Shown here piece after piece: positions 18,939-29,107 of a DNA stretch of 64,000 nucleotides; position 1 is the first letter of the stretch, and each line of letters starts with the position of its first letter. This stretch comes from Acidimicrobiales bacterium (GTDB taxonomy: Bacteria > Actinomycetota > Acidimicrobiia > Acidimicrobiales > CADCTF01), in assembly GCA_035540495.1 (NCBI GenBank), contig DATLGL010000047.1:30383-94382 (forward strand), read 5' to 3'. Both the position numbers and the translations under genes were made by a program. A model generated the notes under the pieces. It had not been told where the DNA came from. It did no database searches and worked only from the letters and a program-made list of their open reading frames with translations.

Positions 18939-19795
18939 TCAAGCTCGACGCGGCGACCGTTCTCCTCCAGTGGGCGGTCGGCGGGCTGCTCTTCCTGTGG
19001 GTCACCACGCGCCGTCGCGAGGTCGGCATCGGCTACGGGTGGTTGCTGCGCGGCGTGTACGGGGTGATGGCGCTCGGGTCGCTGTGGGCCGGCCGGTCGT
19101 TCGGCGACGAGGTCGTGATGCGTGACGTCTCGTCGTTGCTCGTCGCTGTCGCTACTGGCGTGGCGTTGGCGGTGTCGGTCGTGCGGCGGCGTGCGGGCGT
19201 TCGAGGAGAGCACGTCGAGCGCTCGCGGAAGATGGCGCGTGTGTCGGCGATGACCGGCATCGAGCGCGAGTACGAGGACGCCGACACCTCCGTGCGCGAG
19301 TTCCCGCCGGCACTCGACCTGCTCGCTCCGGTGATCGGGGTCGTCGGGCTGCTCGCCGGAGGGCTCGCTGCGTCGTCCGGCTCCGACGTGCTCTCCGTCG
19401 TTCGTGTGCTCGCCGGCGCGGCGTTCCTCGGCGCGGTTTCCGATGCGATGTTGCTGGGCCACTGGTACCTCGTGCAGCCCGGACTCGCGCGTGGGCCTCT
19501 GAACGAGCTCGTGCGGTGGGTCGGCTTCACGTGGCCGATCGAGGTGGGCGCGCTGCTGTGGCCGACGGGGATGCTGTCGGTGGTGTCCGGGTCGATCGAC
19601 GACGGTTACGGCGGCCTGCTCGGCTGGTTCTGGATCGCGTGTGCGGTCACGACGATCGCGCTGGTGGGCGTCACGGTTGCCGCGCTTCGGGAGCGGGCGT
19701 ACTCGGCCGTGATGGCCGCGACCGGGCTGCTCTACCTGGCGATCCTGACGGCGTTCGGGACAGACCTCGTCGCCCGAGCCGTGCTCGCCGGGTAA
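18935..19795 (+). CDS. Polytopic integral membrane protein, unknown function
   Basis: GTGA overlap with the SDR stop. Multiple hydrophobic helices, high GC3. No family recognised. Confidence 0.6.
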   Translation: MIKLDAATVLLQWAVGGLLFLWVTTRRREVGIGYGWLLRGVYGVMALGSLWAGRSFGDEVVMRDVSSLLVAVATGVALAVSVVRRRAGVRGEHVERSRKMARVSAMTGIEREYEDADTSVREFPPALDLLAPVIGVVGLLAGGLAASSGSDVLSVVRVLAGAAFLGAVSDAMLLGHWYLVQPGLARGPLNELVRWVGFTWPIEVGALLWPTGMLSVVSGSIDDGYGGLLGWFWIACAVTTIALVGVTVAALRERAYSAVMAATGLLYLAILTAFGTDLVARAVLAG

Positions 19796-19805
19796 CAACT
19801 CGAGT

Positions 19806-20267
19806 GTGACCACCATCGAGCACACCGTGGAGATCGATGCGCCTCTCGATGACGTGTGGGCGCTGCTGGAGGACGTGCGAAGGCTGCCCGAGTTCTCGCC
19901 GTCGACCGAGGCCGTCCTCGACGCGCCGCAGCGACTCACCGCTGTCGGGCAGCGGTTCCGTCAGCTGGTGAAGCTGCTCGGGCGGTCGTTCGATTCCGAG
20001 TGGCGCGTCGTCGACCTGCGCCCGAAGTCGACGATTGCCATCGAAGGAAGCGTCGGCTACGGGGTGGGATACTGCCTCACCCAGGAGGTCGCCGCGATGT
20101 CGCGCGATCGCTCGAGGCTCACCGTCAAGATCGACTACAAGCTCCCGTTCGGACCGTTGGGCCGCGTCGCTTCGAAGCTCGGCGTCGAGTCCCGTGCGCG
20201 CGACGAATCGCGGCAGGTCGTCGAGGGGATCCGCCGCATCGTGGAAGACGAGCGACGCGCGGCTTAG
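19806..20267 (+). CDS. SRPBCC family protein (polyketide cyclase/dehydrase-like)
   Basis: 'IEHTVEIDAPLDDVWALLEDVRRLPEFSP' is a typical SRPBCC N-terminus. About 150 aa. Confidence 0.7.
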   Translation: MTTIEHTVEIDAPLDDVWALLEDVRRLPEFSPSTEAVLDAPQRLTAVGQRFRQLVKLLGRSFDSEWRVVDLRPKSTIAIEGSVGYGVGYCLTQEVAAMSRDRSRLTVKIDYKLPFGPLGRVASKLGVESRARDESRQVVEGIRRIVEDERRAA

Positions 20268-21046
20268 AGGTTTACCTCGACGGTGCCTGAGTCCGGAGCG
20301 GCATCGCCGCCCGCTTGGGGCAGCAGGGTGTCTCGAGACGACCAGTCGAGGAAGGTGGAGAAACGGAAGCTCCGCTTCCCTCCGACGCTCGACCAAGGGA
20401 CCTCGAACATGACGCGCCTGGACCCGACGGCGAACGTGCCCGGATATCTCACGAACCCATCCGGCGTCTGGAGGTAGCCCGTCCAGCCGTTGATCCCTCC
20501 ATCGGCGAACAGCTGGTAGTCGCTCTCGCGCTCATCCTTGCGATACATGTCGACGCCGACACCGAGAACTTCACGTTCCTTGAACGCCGGGAACGGCGCA
20601 CCGACGTCGACGAGGACGCGGACGCCGGATCCGGTGTCGATGAAGGTGACGGACTGCACGTCTGCATACGACGGTGCTGCGCCCGAGGTGCCGCCGGGAT
20701 CCGTCACGTGCGCGACCCGACGCTCTCCACGCGCTGTCGGAGCGGGTGGCGCTACAGGAGCAGTTGTCGGCGTGGGCGCGTTCACGACAGTCGTGGCCAC
20801 GGGAGAAGAGGTCGCAGCGGCGTCACTCCGCGGCGCTGCACGGGTCGGTGCCTCCGATGTGGTGGTGTCGGCAGGCGGTTCGATCGGGAGCCGCTCTGCC
20901 GGCACACCGAGGTCAGGTCGCCGCTCCTCGGTCGCGTCGCCCTTGTCGAGCGGTGACCGGCATCCAGCGAATCCAACCAGCATGATCAGCGCGAGCAGGA
21001 GGCGCGACGAGGGCCGGGCTTTCGCCCGGCCCTTCGCTCGTATCAC
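20264..21046 (-). CDS. Hypothetical lipoprotein (Pro/Thr-rich linker plus C-terminal globular domain)
   Basis: Start placed at GTG 21046, giving signal 'VIRAKGRAKARPSSRLLLALIMLVGFAGC' (lipobox FAGC). The track start at 21145 would overlap the upstream gene. Confidence 0.55.
   Translation of the reverse strand: MIRAKGRAKARPSSRLLLALIMLVGFAGCRSPLDKGDATEERRPDLGVPAERLPIEPPADTTTSEAPTRAAPRSDAAATSSPVATTVVNAPTPTTAPVAPPAPTARGERRVAHVTDPGGTSGAAPSYADVQSVTFIDTGSGVRVLVDVGAPFPAFKEREVLGVGVDMYRKDERESDYQLFADGGINGWTGYLQTPDGFVRYPGTFAVGSRRVMFEVPWSSVGGKRSFRFSTFLDWSSRDTLLPQAGGDAAPDSGTVEVNL
21011..21032 (-). terminator. Perfect 9-bp hairpin GGGCCGGGC-(GAAA)-GCCCGGCCC, possible terminator/attenuator
   Basis: Seen in sequence 25 nt downstream of the 21057 stop. 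It lies inside the predicted signal-peptide codons of the next gene. No U-tract. Confidence 0.3.
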
Positions 21047-21056
21047 AACGGTGAAG

Positions 21057-21662
21057 CTACTTGCCGTTCTTGCCGTTGTCGCCGGCGCCATCACCGTCGG
21101 CGTCGTGCTTCCATCCGGCGCCGCCGCGCATGTCGTGCGGCACATTCACCTCGAACGAGCCCGCGCAGGTCGTCTCGACGTAAGTCTCGGGGTCCTGAGC
21201 GCCGTTCGTGAATTCCGCTTGGTAGTTCAGCGTGTACGTACGGCCGTCGCCTGCACCGGACCGCTCGGAACGGAGCTCCCCGACGACGGTCGTTGCGTCC
21301 TCCTTCGCGTCGCCACCAACTGCGGTGGAGTCAACAGGCGTGTTGCCGCTGCCCGTGGCGTCGGCCGGCTCGTCGCTCACGATCTCCACAGTCAGCGACA
21401 CGGTGTCGTTGTCGGCCGAGGCCGGATCTGCATCGGCTGCACTCACCGACACCGGCTGCATCTTGTGGTTCGGCGGCCAGAGATACTCCGGCCCCCCGTA
21501 AGTGACCGTGCCGACGACTGCGCCGGTCGAGTCCTTGCACTCGTCAACGAGAGCAGTTGACTCGTACTTGTTGTTGAACGCCGGCCCGGCGATTCCGGCG
21601 CCGGCGAATGCCGTCGCGCCGAGAGCGCCGGCGGCGGCAAGGGCCGCGATTCGCAGCTTCAA
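21057..21662 (-). CDS. Secreted hypothetical protein
   Basis: Signal peptide 'MKLRIAALAAAGALGATAFAGAG', high GC3. No recognised domain. Confidence 0.6.
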   Translation of the reverse strand: MKLRIAALAAAGALGATAFAGAGIAGPAFNNKYESTALVDECKDSTGAVVGTVTYGGPEYLWPPNHKMQPVSVSAADADPASADNDTVSLTVEIVSDEPADATGSGNTPVDSTAVGGDAKEDATTVVGELRSERSGAGDGRTYTLNYQAEFTNGAQDPETYVETTCAGSFEVNVPHDMRGGAGWKHDADGDGAGDNGKNGK

Positions 21663-21711
21663 GTGAGTGTCCTCCTAATCGTGGCCCGGCCAGGGCCGGA
21701 TCCCCCAGTGG

Positions 21712-21727
21712 TGTGACCCCGGTGACA
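21712..21727. promoter_or_regulatory. Second, imperfect CRP-like site TGTGA-N6-TGACA (9/10 match)
   Basis: Read directly. Lies about 50-65 nt upstream of the start (21662) of the minus-strand secreted-protein gene. Confidence 0.25.
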
Positions 21728-21816
21728 CATTCGCCGTCGAGGCGCTTCCTCCTGTCGTCCAACGACAGAAAATCGACTCGCCGCGTGGCCTTGTCGCAGC
21801 TAACTGAACCTGAACG

Positions 21817-21842
21817 GAAGGGCGCCCGCAGGGGCGCCCTTC
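21817..21842 (-). terminator. Stem-loop terminator candidate downstream of metH
   Basis: Perfect 11-bp stem GAAGGGCGCCC / GGGCGCCCTTC with a 4-nt loop, 14 nt after the metH stop. No clear U-tract, which is common in high-GC genomes. Confidence 0.55.
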
Positions 21843-21855
21843 TTCGCGCTCGGAC

Positions 21856-24800
21856 TCAGGCGACGAAGTACTTCGCCTGGGGGTGGTGGCAGATGATCGC
21901 GGAGGTGGTCTGTTCCGGGTGGTACTGGTACGACGTCTCCTCGGAGCACGACACCCCGATCCGAGAGGCATCCAGCAGGCGAGCGACCTTCTCGTTGTCC
22001 TCGAGATCGGGGCAGGCGGGGTAGCCCCACGAGTAGCGGCCGCCTCGGTACTGCTGGCGGAAGAGGCCTGCCAGCGAAGGCCCGTCCTCGTCGGCGAACC
22101 CCCACTCCTCACGGATGCGGCGGTGCCACATCTCGGCGAGCGCTTCCGTCATCTCGACGCCGAGCCCGTGGAGGAACAGGTAGTCCTGGTACCGATCCGC
22201 CGCACGCAGCTCCGCGGCCGCCTCCGTCACCGCCGGACCCATCGTGACGATGTGGAACGCGGCGTAGTCCACCTCGCCCGACGACACGGGACGGAAGAAG
22301 TCGGCGATGCAGAGGTACGGCTCGACCGCCTGGCGGGGGAACGGGAACCGGGCGATCTCCACCTGTGAGTCGGGTGACTCCCAGAGGACGACGTCATCGC
22401 CGTCGGCGTTTGCGGGGTAGTAGCCGTAGACCACCTGTGGCACGAGCACACCCGCGGCCACGGCGGCCGACATCTGCTCGCGGAGCACCGGACGGATGCG
22501 CTCCTTGAACGCGTCGTCCTTCTCGCCGATCGACTTGTCGGGCCGGAAGCCCCACTGGGTCCGGAAGAGCGCCGTCTCGTTCAGGTATGCCGAGATGTCG
22601 TCGAGCGACAACCCGCGCACGACACGCGACCCCAGGAACGGCGGCTTGAATATCTCGTTGTCTTCGACGACGTCCGGCGAGCGAGCAGGCAGGTTCGACC
22701 GGTCGGCTCGAGCGCGCACAGAAGAAGCACGCTCCGGTAGATCACGCCCGCCGGGCGCACGCCCGAAGTCGGGATCCGCCTCGAGCCCGGCATCGGAGCG
22801 CTTGAGCTCCATCAGGCGGTCCATCGTGCGGAGCCCCTCGAACGCGTCCTTGCCGTAGAACAGCCGTCCCTCGTACACACCACGCAGATCGCGTTCGACG
22901 TAGGTGCGGGTGAGCGCCGCTCCGCCGAGGAGCACGGGCATCCCCATCGCGAGGCCGCGGGAGTTCAGCTCCTCCAGGTTGTCGCGCATGATCAGCGTCG
23001 ACTTCACGAGCAGTCCGCTCATGCCGATGGCGTCGGCGCCGACCTCCATCGCCTTCTCGACCATCTCGGTGAGGGGCACCTTGATGCCGAGGTTGTAGAC
23101 GGTGTAGCCGTTGTTCGTGAGGATGATGTCGACGAGGTTCTTGCCGATGTCGTGGACGTCGCCCTTCACCGTGGCGAGCACGATCTTCCCCTTGCCGCCG
23201 GCGTCGGCCTTCTCCATGTGCGGCTCGAGGAAGTTGACCGCCGTCTTCATCGTCTCGGCGGACTGCAGCACGAACGGCAATTGCATCTCGCCCGAACCGA
23301 ACAGATCACCGACCACCTTCATGCCTGCGAGCAGGTGGTCGTTGATGATCTGCAGCGGACGGATCCCCTCGTCCATCGCCTGCTGCAGGTCGAGCTCGAT
23401 GCCGTCGCGGTCGCCGTCGATGATGCGCTGCTTCAGGCGTTCCTCGACGGGCCAGCCCGACCGGTCCTCCTTGACGGCGGCCGCCACCTTCGCACCCTCG
23501 AACGCCTGCATCAGCGCCTCGAGCGGGTCGTAGCCATCTTCCGGACGGCGGCGGTCGTAGATGAGGTCACGGCAGATCTGGACGTGCTCCGGATCGATCC
23601 GGTTCAACGGCACGATCCGCGCGGGATGGACCATCGCGGCGTCGAGGCCGGCCTGCTGGGCCTCGTGGAGGAACACCGAGTTCAGGACATGGCGCGCAGC
23701 GGGGTTGAGGCCGAACGAGATGTTCGACACGCCGAGCGACGTGTGCACGCCAGGCAGCTGCTCCTTGATGAGCCGGATGCCCTCGATCGTCTCCGCGCCG
23801 TCGAGGCGCGACTCCTCCATGCCCGTCGTGATGGTGAGCGTGTTCGTGTCGAAGAACAGGTCTTCGGGCGGGATGCCATATCGCTCGACCGCGATGTCTC
23901 GCATCCGTCTAGCGATCTCGAGCTTGCGCTCGGCCGTCCGGGCCTGGCCGGTCTCGTCGATGCAGATGCAGACGACGGCGGCGCCGTAGTCGCGAGCGAG
24001 CGTCATGACCCGATCCCATCGGGTGCCCTCGCCCTCGCCGTCCTCGAGGTTCGCCGAGTTGAGGATCGCCTTCCCGCCGATCCACTGCAGGCCGGCCTCC
24101 AGCACCCACGGCTCCGTCGAGTCGAGCATCACGGGAACGGTGATCGCGGTCGCGAACCGACGGGCCAGTTCGTCCATGTCCTGGGTGCCGTCTCGGCCGA
24201 CGTAGTCGACGCAGAGGTCGAGCACGTGCGCGCCCTCGCGCACCTGGTCGTTGCCGATGCGGACGCAGGTGTCCCAGTCCTCGGCGAGCATCGCCTCGCG
24301 GAAGAGCTTCGAGCCGTTCGCGTTGCAGCGCTCACCGACGGACAGGTACGACGGCGACTGGTCGTAAGCGACGTGGCTGTAGATCGACGCCACACCAGGC
24401 TCCGGCGTCGCCGTTCGAGCAGCGGGCGTCAGGTCGCGGCAGACCTCGACCACCCGGGCGAGGTGCTCGGGTGTGGTGCCGCAGCACCCGCCGACGACCG
24501 ACACGCCGAACTCGGTGATGAATCGGGCGTGATGCTCGGCGAGCTCGTCCGGCGTCAGGTCGTAGTGCTCGCGGCCGTCGACGACCGACGGCAGCCCGGC
24601 GTTCGGGAGCACCGAGATCGGCACCGGCGACTGCTGCGACAGATGGCGGAGATGCTCGCTCATCTCCTGCGGACCGGTCGCGCAGTTCAGCCCGACCACG
24701 TCCGGGCGCAGAGCGAGCATGGCCGTCAGCGCGGCTCCCACCTCGCTGCCGACCAGCATCCGCCCGGTGAGCTCAATCGTCACCTGGGTCTGGATCGGCA

Positions 24801-25383
24801 CCTCTCGTCCGACCGCGCGCATCGCCCGCCGAGCGCCGATGACCGCGGCCTTGAGCGTCAACAGGTCTTGGTACGTCTCGAAGAGGAGGACGTCGACGCC
24901 GCCGAGGATGAGCCCACGAGCCTGCACCTCGAAGGCGTCACGCAGCTCGCCGAAGCGGATGTGACCCAGCGACGGGAGCTTGGTGCCCGGGCCGATCGAC
25001 CCGGCGACGAAGCGAGGCCGCCCCGGCTGCGAGTACGACGACGCCACTTCACGGGCGATCTCCGCGGCACGACGGTTGAGCTCCTCGGCCCGATCGGCGA
25101 TGCCGTACTCGGCGAGGGTGATGGGCGACGCGCCGAACGAGTTCGTCTCGACGATGTCGGAGCCGACCTCGAAGAACGAGCGGTGGAGGTCGGCGATGAT
25201 GTCCGGCCGCACCGCGCAGATCATCTCCGGGCAACCTTCGAACTCGGGGCCGCCGTAGTCGTCGACGGTGAGGCCCCTCCTGAACAGGTTCGTCCCCGTC
25301 GCGCCGTCGAAGATGACGACGCGCTCGCGGACAGCTTCGAGGTAGCCGGACATCTCGGAAAGTCTACGGGCGCCTTGGAACAA
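21856..25383 (-). CDS. metH: Cobalamin-dependent methionine synthase
   Basis: 1175 aa. Hcy-binding N-terminus, pterin-binding region, B12-binding 'GDVHDIGKN' (DxHxxG), C-terminal AdoMet reactivation domain. Confidence 0.95.
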   Translation of the reverse strand: MFQGARRLSEMSGYLEAVRERVVIFDGATGTNLFRRGLTVDDYGGPEFEGCPEMICAVRPDIIADLHRSFFEVGSDIVETNSFGASPITLAEYGIADRAEELNRRAAEIAREVASSYSQPGRPRFVAGSIGPGTKLPSLGHIRFGELRDAFEVQARGLILGGVDVLLFETYQDLLTLKAAVIGARRAMRAVGREVPIQTQVTIELTGRMLVGSEVGAALTAMLALRPDVVGLNCATGPQEMSEHLRHLSQQSPVPISVLPNAGLPSVVDGREHYDLTPDELAEHHARFITEFGVSVVGGCCGTTPEHLARVVEVCRDLTPAARTATPEPGVASIYSHVAYDQSPSYLSVGERCNANGSKLFREAMLAEDWDTCVRIGNDQVREGAHVLDLCVDYVGRDGTQDMDELARRFATAITVPVMLDSTEPWVLEAGLQWIGGKAILNSANLEDGEGEGTRWDRVMTLARDYGAAVVCICIDETGQARTAERKLEIARRMRDIAVERYGIPPEDLFFDTNTLTITTGMEESRLDGAETIEGIRLIKEQLPGVHTSLGVSNISFGLNPAARHVLNSVFLHEAQQAGLDAAMVHPARIVPLNRIDPEHVQICRDLIYDRRRPEDGYDPLEALMQAFEGAKVAAAVKEDRSGWPVEERLKQRIIDGDRDGIELDLQQAMDEGIRPLQIINDHLLAGMKVVGDLFGSGEMQLPFVLQSAETMKTAVNFLEPHMEKADAGGKGKIVLATVKGDVHDIGKNLVDIILTNNGYTVYNLGIKVPLTEMVEKAMEVGADAIGMSGLLVKSTLIMRDNLEELNSRGLAMGMPVLLGGAALTRTYVERDLRGVYEGRLFYGKDAFEGLRTMDRLMELKRSDAGLEADPDFGRAPGGRDLPERASSVRARADRSNLPARSPDVVEDNEIFKPPFLGSRVVRGLSLDDISAYLNETALFRTQWGFRPDKSIGEKDDAFKERIRPVLREQMSAAVAAGVLVPQVVYGYYPANADGDDVVLWESPDSQVEIARFPFPRQAVEPYLCIADFFRPVSSGEVDYAAFHIVTMGPAVTEAAAELRAADRYQDYLFLHGLGVEMTEALAEMWHRRIREEWGFADEDGPSLAGLFRQQYRGGRYSWGYPACPDLEDNEKVARLLDASRIGVSCSEETSYQYHPEQTTSAIICHHPQAKYFVA

Positions 25384-25406
25384 CGCCTCTACGGTTAACG
25401 GGCGCC

Positions 25407-27053
25407 ATGACCCTCACTGCCCGCAACATCTCGAAGTCGTACGGCGGGCAGCTCGTCCTCGACGACGTGTCGGTGACGATCGGTCCCCGCAGCCGCATCG
25501 GGCTCGTGGGTCCGAACGGGATCGGGAAGTCGACGCTGCTCCGCATCCTCGCCGGTCTCGAAGACGCCGACGGCGGGTCGATCGAGCGTTCCCCGAAGAC
25601 GCTCACCGTCGGCTGGCTTCCACAAGAGGTCGAGCCGCGTGAGCAGGAGACGTTGCAGGACTACCTCGCCCGCCGGACGGGAGTCGCCGAGGCCGAGGCC
25701 GAGCTCGACCGCCTCACGAAGGCGCTCGAGACCGACCCCGGCGCGATCGACGCGTACACCGACGCGCTCGACCGGTTCCTCGCACTCGGGGGCGACGACC
25801 TCCACGCCCGTGCCGCCGAGGTGTGCGAGGACCTCGACCTCCCGGCCGATCGACTCGGCGTGGAGGTGTCGGCACTGAGCGGCGGGCAGCAGGCCAGGGC
25901 GGCGCTGGCCGCGATCCTGCTGTCTCGTTACGACGTGTTCCTCCTCGACGAGCCGACGAACAACCTCGACTTCGACGGGCTCCAGCGCCTCGAGCAGTTC
26001 CTCGCAGGTCTCGGCGGCGGCGTGTTGACCGTGTCGCACGACCGCGCCTTCCTCGACCGTGCCGTCGAGCGGGTGATCGAGCTGCAGGAGGAGAGCCATC
26101 GCGCGGTGGAGTACGCCGGCGGTTGGAGCGACTACGTCGCCCAGCGCGACCTGGCCCGCCAGCAGCAGTACGAGGCCTTCGACACCTACCGCAGCGAGAA
26201 GCAACGGCTCACGGAGCGGCTGCGCGAGCAGAAGTCGTGGGCGGTCAGCGGCGTCGCCAAGGAGAAGAAGCGCAAGGAGACGCAGAAGGAGAAGATGGCC
26301 GCCGACTTCCGGATCAACCGAACCGAGAAGCAGGCGGGCAAGGTGAAGATCACCGAGAAGCGCCTCCAGCGGCTCGAGGCCGTCGACAAGCCGTGGGAGG
26401 GCTGGCAGCTGCGTCTGCAGCTGACCCCGGATGCTCGCAGCGGTGACGTCGTCGCCCGCCTCGATGCCGCGGTGGTCCGACTCGAGAACTCGGGTAGCGA
26501 GTTCACGCTCGGCCCGGTCGACCTCGAGATCGGATGGGCGGAGCGGGTGGCTCTCCTCGGCGCGAACGGGAGCGGCAAGACGACCCTGCTGCGGGCGCTG
26601 TTGGGGGAGGTTCCGCTCGCGAGCGGCAACCGCTACCTCGGCCCGGGCGTCCGTCCCGGGCGGCTCGACCAGGAGCGGGGGCTGTTCGACACCGACGAGC
26701 CCGTCCTCGCGGCGTTCCAGCGGGAGGCGTCGATCCCGGCCATCAGCGAAGCGAGGGCGCTGCTCGCGAAGTTCGGGCTCGGCGCGCAACACGTCGACCG
26801 GGCGGGCGGAAGGCTGAGCCCGGGCGAGCGAACGAGGGCGCTGCTCGCGACGCTCATGGCGACCGGCGTGAACTGCCTCGTGCTCGACGAGCCGACGAAC
26901 CACCTCGACCTCGCAGCCATCGAGGAGCTCGAGCGGGCACTCGACGGCTACGACGGCACGCTCCTGCTGGTGACGCACGACCGGCGCTTCCTCGACGCGG
27001 TCGAGGTCGATCGCGTGCTCGAGGTGGAGGCCGGTAGGGTCACCGAGCGGTGA
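25407..27053 (+). CDS. ABC-F family ATPase (two NBDs, no TM domain)
   Basis: Walker A 'GPNGIGKST' and 'GANGSGKTT', signatures 'LSGGQQ' and 'LSPGER', Lys/Glu-rich inter-domain linker. Confidence 0.88.
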   Translation: MTLTARNISKSYGGQLVLDDVSVTIGPRSRIGLVGPNGIGKSTLLRILAGLEDADGGSIERSPKTLTVGWLPQEVEPREQETLQDYLARRTGVAEAEAELDRLTKALETDPGAIDAYTDALDRFLALGGDDLHARAAEVCEDLDLPADRLGVEVSALSGGQQARAALAAILLSRYDVFLLDEPTNNLDFDGLQRLEQFLAGLGGGVLTVSHDRAFLDRAVERVIELQEESHRAVEYAGGWSDYVAQRDLARQQQYEAFDTYRSEKQRLTERLREQKSWAVSGVAKEKKRKETQKEKMAADFRINRTEKQAGKVKITEKRLQRLEAVDKPWEGWQLRLQLTPDARSGDVVARLDAAVVRLENSGSEFTLGPVDLEIGWAERVALLGANGSGKTTLLRALLGEVPLASGNRYLGPGVRPGRLDQERGLFDTDEPVLAAFQREASIPAISEARALLAKFGLGAQHVDRAGGRLSPGERTRALLATLMATGVNCLVLDEPTNHLDLAAIEELERALDGYDGTLLLVTHDRRFLDAVEVDRVLEVEAGRVTER

Positions 27054-27598
27054 CCCGCGAGAGCTTCTACACGAAGAAGGGCGACGACGGATCGACCGGC
27101 CTGCTCTACGGCGGCCGGGTCCGCAAGGACTCCGACGCCCCCGAGGCCTACGGCGCGGTCGACGAGGCCCAGGCCGCCATCGGCGCCGCTCGGGCAGAAG
27201 CCGAGCGCGGATCGGAGCTCGACCGCATCCTCCTCGATGTCGAGCGCGACCTCTACGTCCTCATGGCCGAGCTGGCGACGCTGGCGGAGAACCGGTCGAA
27301 GCTCACGCCGGGCTCCACCCTCGTCACCCAGGAGATGGTGGACGAGATCGGCCGCCGCACCGACCAGCTGTCGGAGCGCTTCGAGATGCCCGATGGGTTC
27401 GTCCTTCCCGGCCAGAACCGCGTCTCGGCGTCGCTCGAGGTCGCCCGCACCGTGGTGCGCCGTGCCGAGCGGCGCGCCGTCAGCGTCGCGGCCGCAGACT
27501 CCTTCGTCATCCCGTACCTGAACCGCCTCTCCAGCCTGCTGTGGGCCGCCGCCCGCTGGCAGGAGGGCGACTTCGTGAGCGCGAAAAGGAACGACTGA
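27050..27598 (+). CDS. PduO-type ATP:cob(I)alamin adenosyltransferase
   Basis: 'YTKKGDDGSTGLLYG' N-terminus, about 180 aa helical bundle. GTGA overlap with the upstream stop. Confidence 0.85.
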   Translation: MTRESFYTKKGDDGSTGLLYGGRVRKDSDAPEAYGAVDEAQAAIGAARAEAERGSELDRILLDVERDLYVLMAELATLAENRSKLTPGSTLVTQEMVDEIGRRTDQLSERFEMPDGFVLPGQNRVSASLEVARTVVRRAERRAVSVAAADSFVIPYLNRLSSLLWAAARWQEGDFVSAKRND

Positions 27599-29064
27599 TG
27601 CCCATCACCTTCTCGACGTCACGCGACGTTCCCGACGACGCGCCCGTCTTGGCCATTCCGGTCTTCGCCGACGGCACGGTGCCGGCCGGCTCGCCGGCGG
27701 AGCTCGACAACGACTTCCTCGCCGCCCGCGACTTCCAGGGCAAGGTCGGCCAGACGCTGCCGCTGCTGGCAGACGACGGCACGACGATCCTCGCCGTCGG
27801 TGTCGGCGCGGCGGGCGAGGTCGACGACGACGTCCTCCGCCGCGCCGCGCACGCGGCCGTCAGGAACGCCGGCAAGGCGAACGTCGTCGCCATGACGCTG
27901 CTCGACGCCGCTCCAGGCGACGCCGATCGCGGACGTGCCGCTCAGGCGATCGCGGAAGGCGCGTCCCTCGGCACCTACAAGTTCACGACCTACAAGAGCG
28001 ACGCGAAGCGATCGAGCGTCGAGCGGGTCGTGCTCGTCACGCGCGCCGGCAACCACGTCCAGCGCGGTCTCGATCGCGGCTCCGCGATCGCGTCCGCCGT
28101 CGCGTTGGCGCGAGACCTGATCAACGAACCGCCCGGCGCCATGACGCCGCGACGGATGGAGGAGGTCGCTCGCGCGGTCGCCGCTGAAGGCGGGCTCACC
28201 GTCGACGTGTGGGACGAGGAGCGGATCGCCGCTGACGGTCTCGGCGGCCTCGCCGGCGTCGCGGCCGGGTCGGACGAACCGGCGCGCCTCATCCAGCTGA
28301 CGTACGACCCGCCTGGCGCCCGCGGAACGCTCGCCCTCGTCGGCAAGGGCATCACCTTCGATTCCGGCGGCCTCTCGATCAAGACCGGCGAGGGGATGAT
28401 GACGATGAAGTGCGACATGTCCGGCGCGGCCGCGGTGATCGCCGCCATGGCCGCGATCCCGGCCGTCGCGCCGAAGGTCCGCGTGCTGGCGTTCGCCGCG
28501 TGCACCGAGAACCTGCCGAGCGGCAAGGCGATGAAGCCCGGCGACGTGCTCAAGATCCGCAACGGCAAGACCGTCGAGGTGCTCAACACGGACGCAGAGG
28601 GACGTCTGGTGCTCGCCGACGCCCTCTCGCTCGCGGTCGAGCAATCGCCCGATGGCATCGTCGACCTCGCCACCCTCACCGGCGCGATGAGCGTCGCCCT
28701 CGGACGCGACATCGCGGGGCTCTTCTCGAACGACGACGACCTCGCCGATCAGGTCGGAGCGGCTGCGGAACGAGCCGGAGAGCCGATGTGGCGCATGCCG
28801 CTCGCGAAGCGGTACCGGAAGCAGATCGACTCCGAGGTCGCCGACATCAAGAACATCGGCGCGGCCGGCCAGGCGGGGTCGATCACGGCCGCGCTGTTCC
28901 TCGAGGAGTTCGTCGGCGACGTGCCATGGGTCCACCTCGACATCGCGGGGCCCGCCTTCCGCGCCGACGAGGACGGCTACCTCCCGAAGGGCGGCACCGG
29001 CTACGGCGTTCGCACGCTCGTCGACCTCGTCGCGAACTACCGGAAGCCGTCGCGCCGCCGCTGA
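27598..29064 (+). CDS. pepA: Leucyl aminopeptidase (M17)
   Basis: Start at ATG 27598 (TGATG overlap). 'VGKGITFDSGGLSIK' and 'NTDAEGRLVLADAL' motifs. Confidence 0.92.
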   Translation: MPITFSTSRDVPDDAPVLAIPVFADGTVPAGSPAELDNDFLAARDFQGKVGQTLPLLADDGTTILAVGVGAAGEVDDDVLRRAAHAAVRNAGKANVVAMTLLDAAPGDADRGRAAQAIAEGASLGTYKFTTYKSDAKRSSVERVVLVTRAGNHVQRGLDRGSAIASAVALARDLINEPPGAMTPRRMEEVARAVAAEGGLTVDVWDEERIAADGLGGLAGVAAGSDEPARLIQLTYDPPGARGTLALVGKGITFDSGGLSIKTGEGMMTMKCDMSGAAAVIAAMAAIPAVAPKVRVLAFAACTENLPSGKAMKPGDVLKIRNGKTVEVLNTDAEGRLVLADALSLAVEQSPDGIVDLATLTGAMSVALGRDIAGLFSNDDDLADQVGAAAERAGEPMWRMPLAKRYRKQIDSEVADIKNIGAAGQAGSITAALFLEEFVGDVPWVHLDIAGPAFRADEDGYLPKGGTGYGVRTLVDLVANYRKPSRRR

Positions 29065-29107
29065 GCGCGCGCCGCGTCACCGGTCGCTGCCGTCTGTAGG
29101 GTCGACG

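Noticed and set aside
23152-25398. 748-aa plus-strand ORF opposite metH.
   Set aside because: metH on the minus strand has unambiguous domain motifs along its whole length. The plus-strand product is Arg/Asp/Leu-rich nonsense.
25384-25406. Looked for a cobalamin or SAM riboswitch in front of metH.
   Set aside because: Only 23 nt separate metH from the divergent ABC-F gene, which leaves no room for a riboswitch aptamer. No B12-box-like sequence was seen in the other leaders either.
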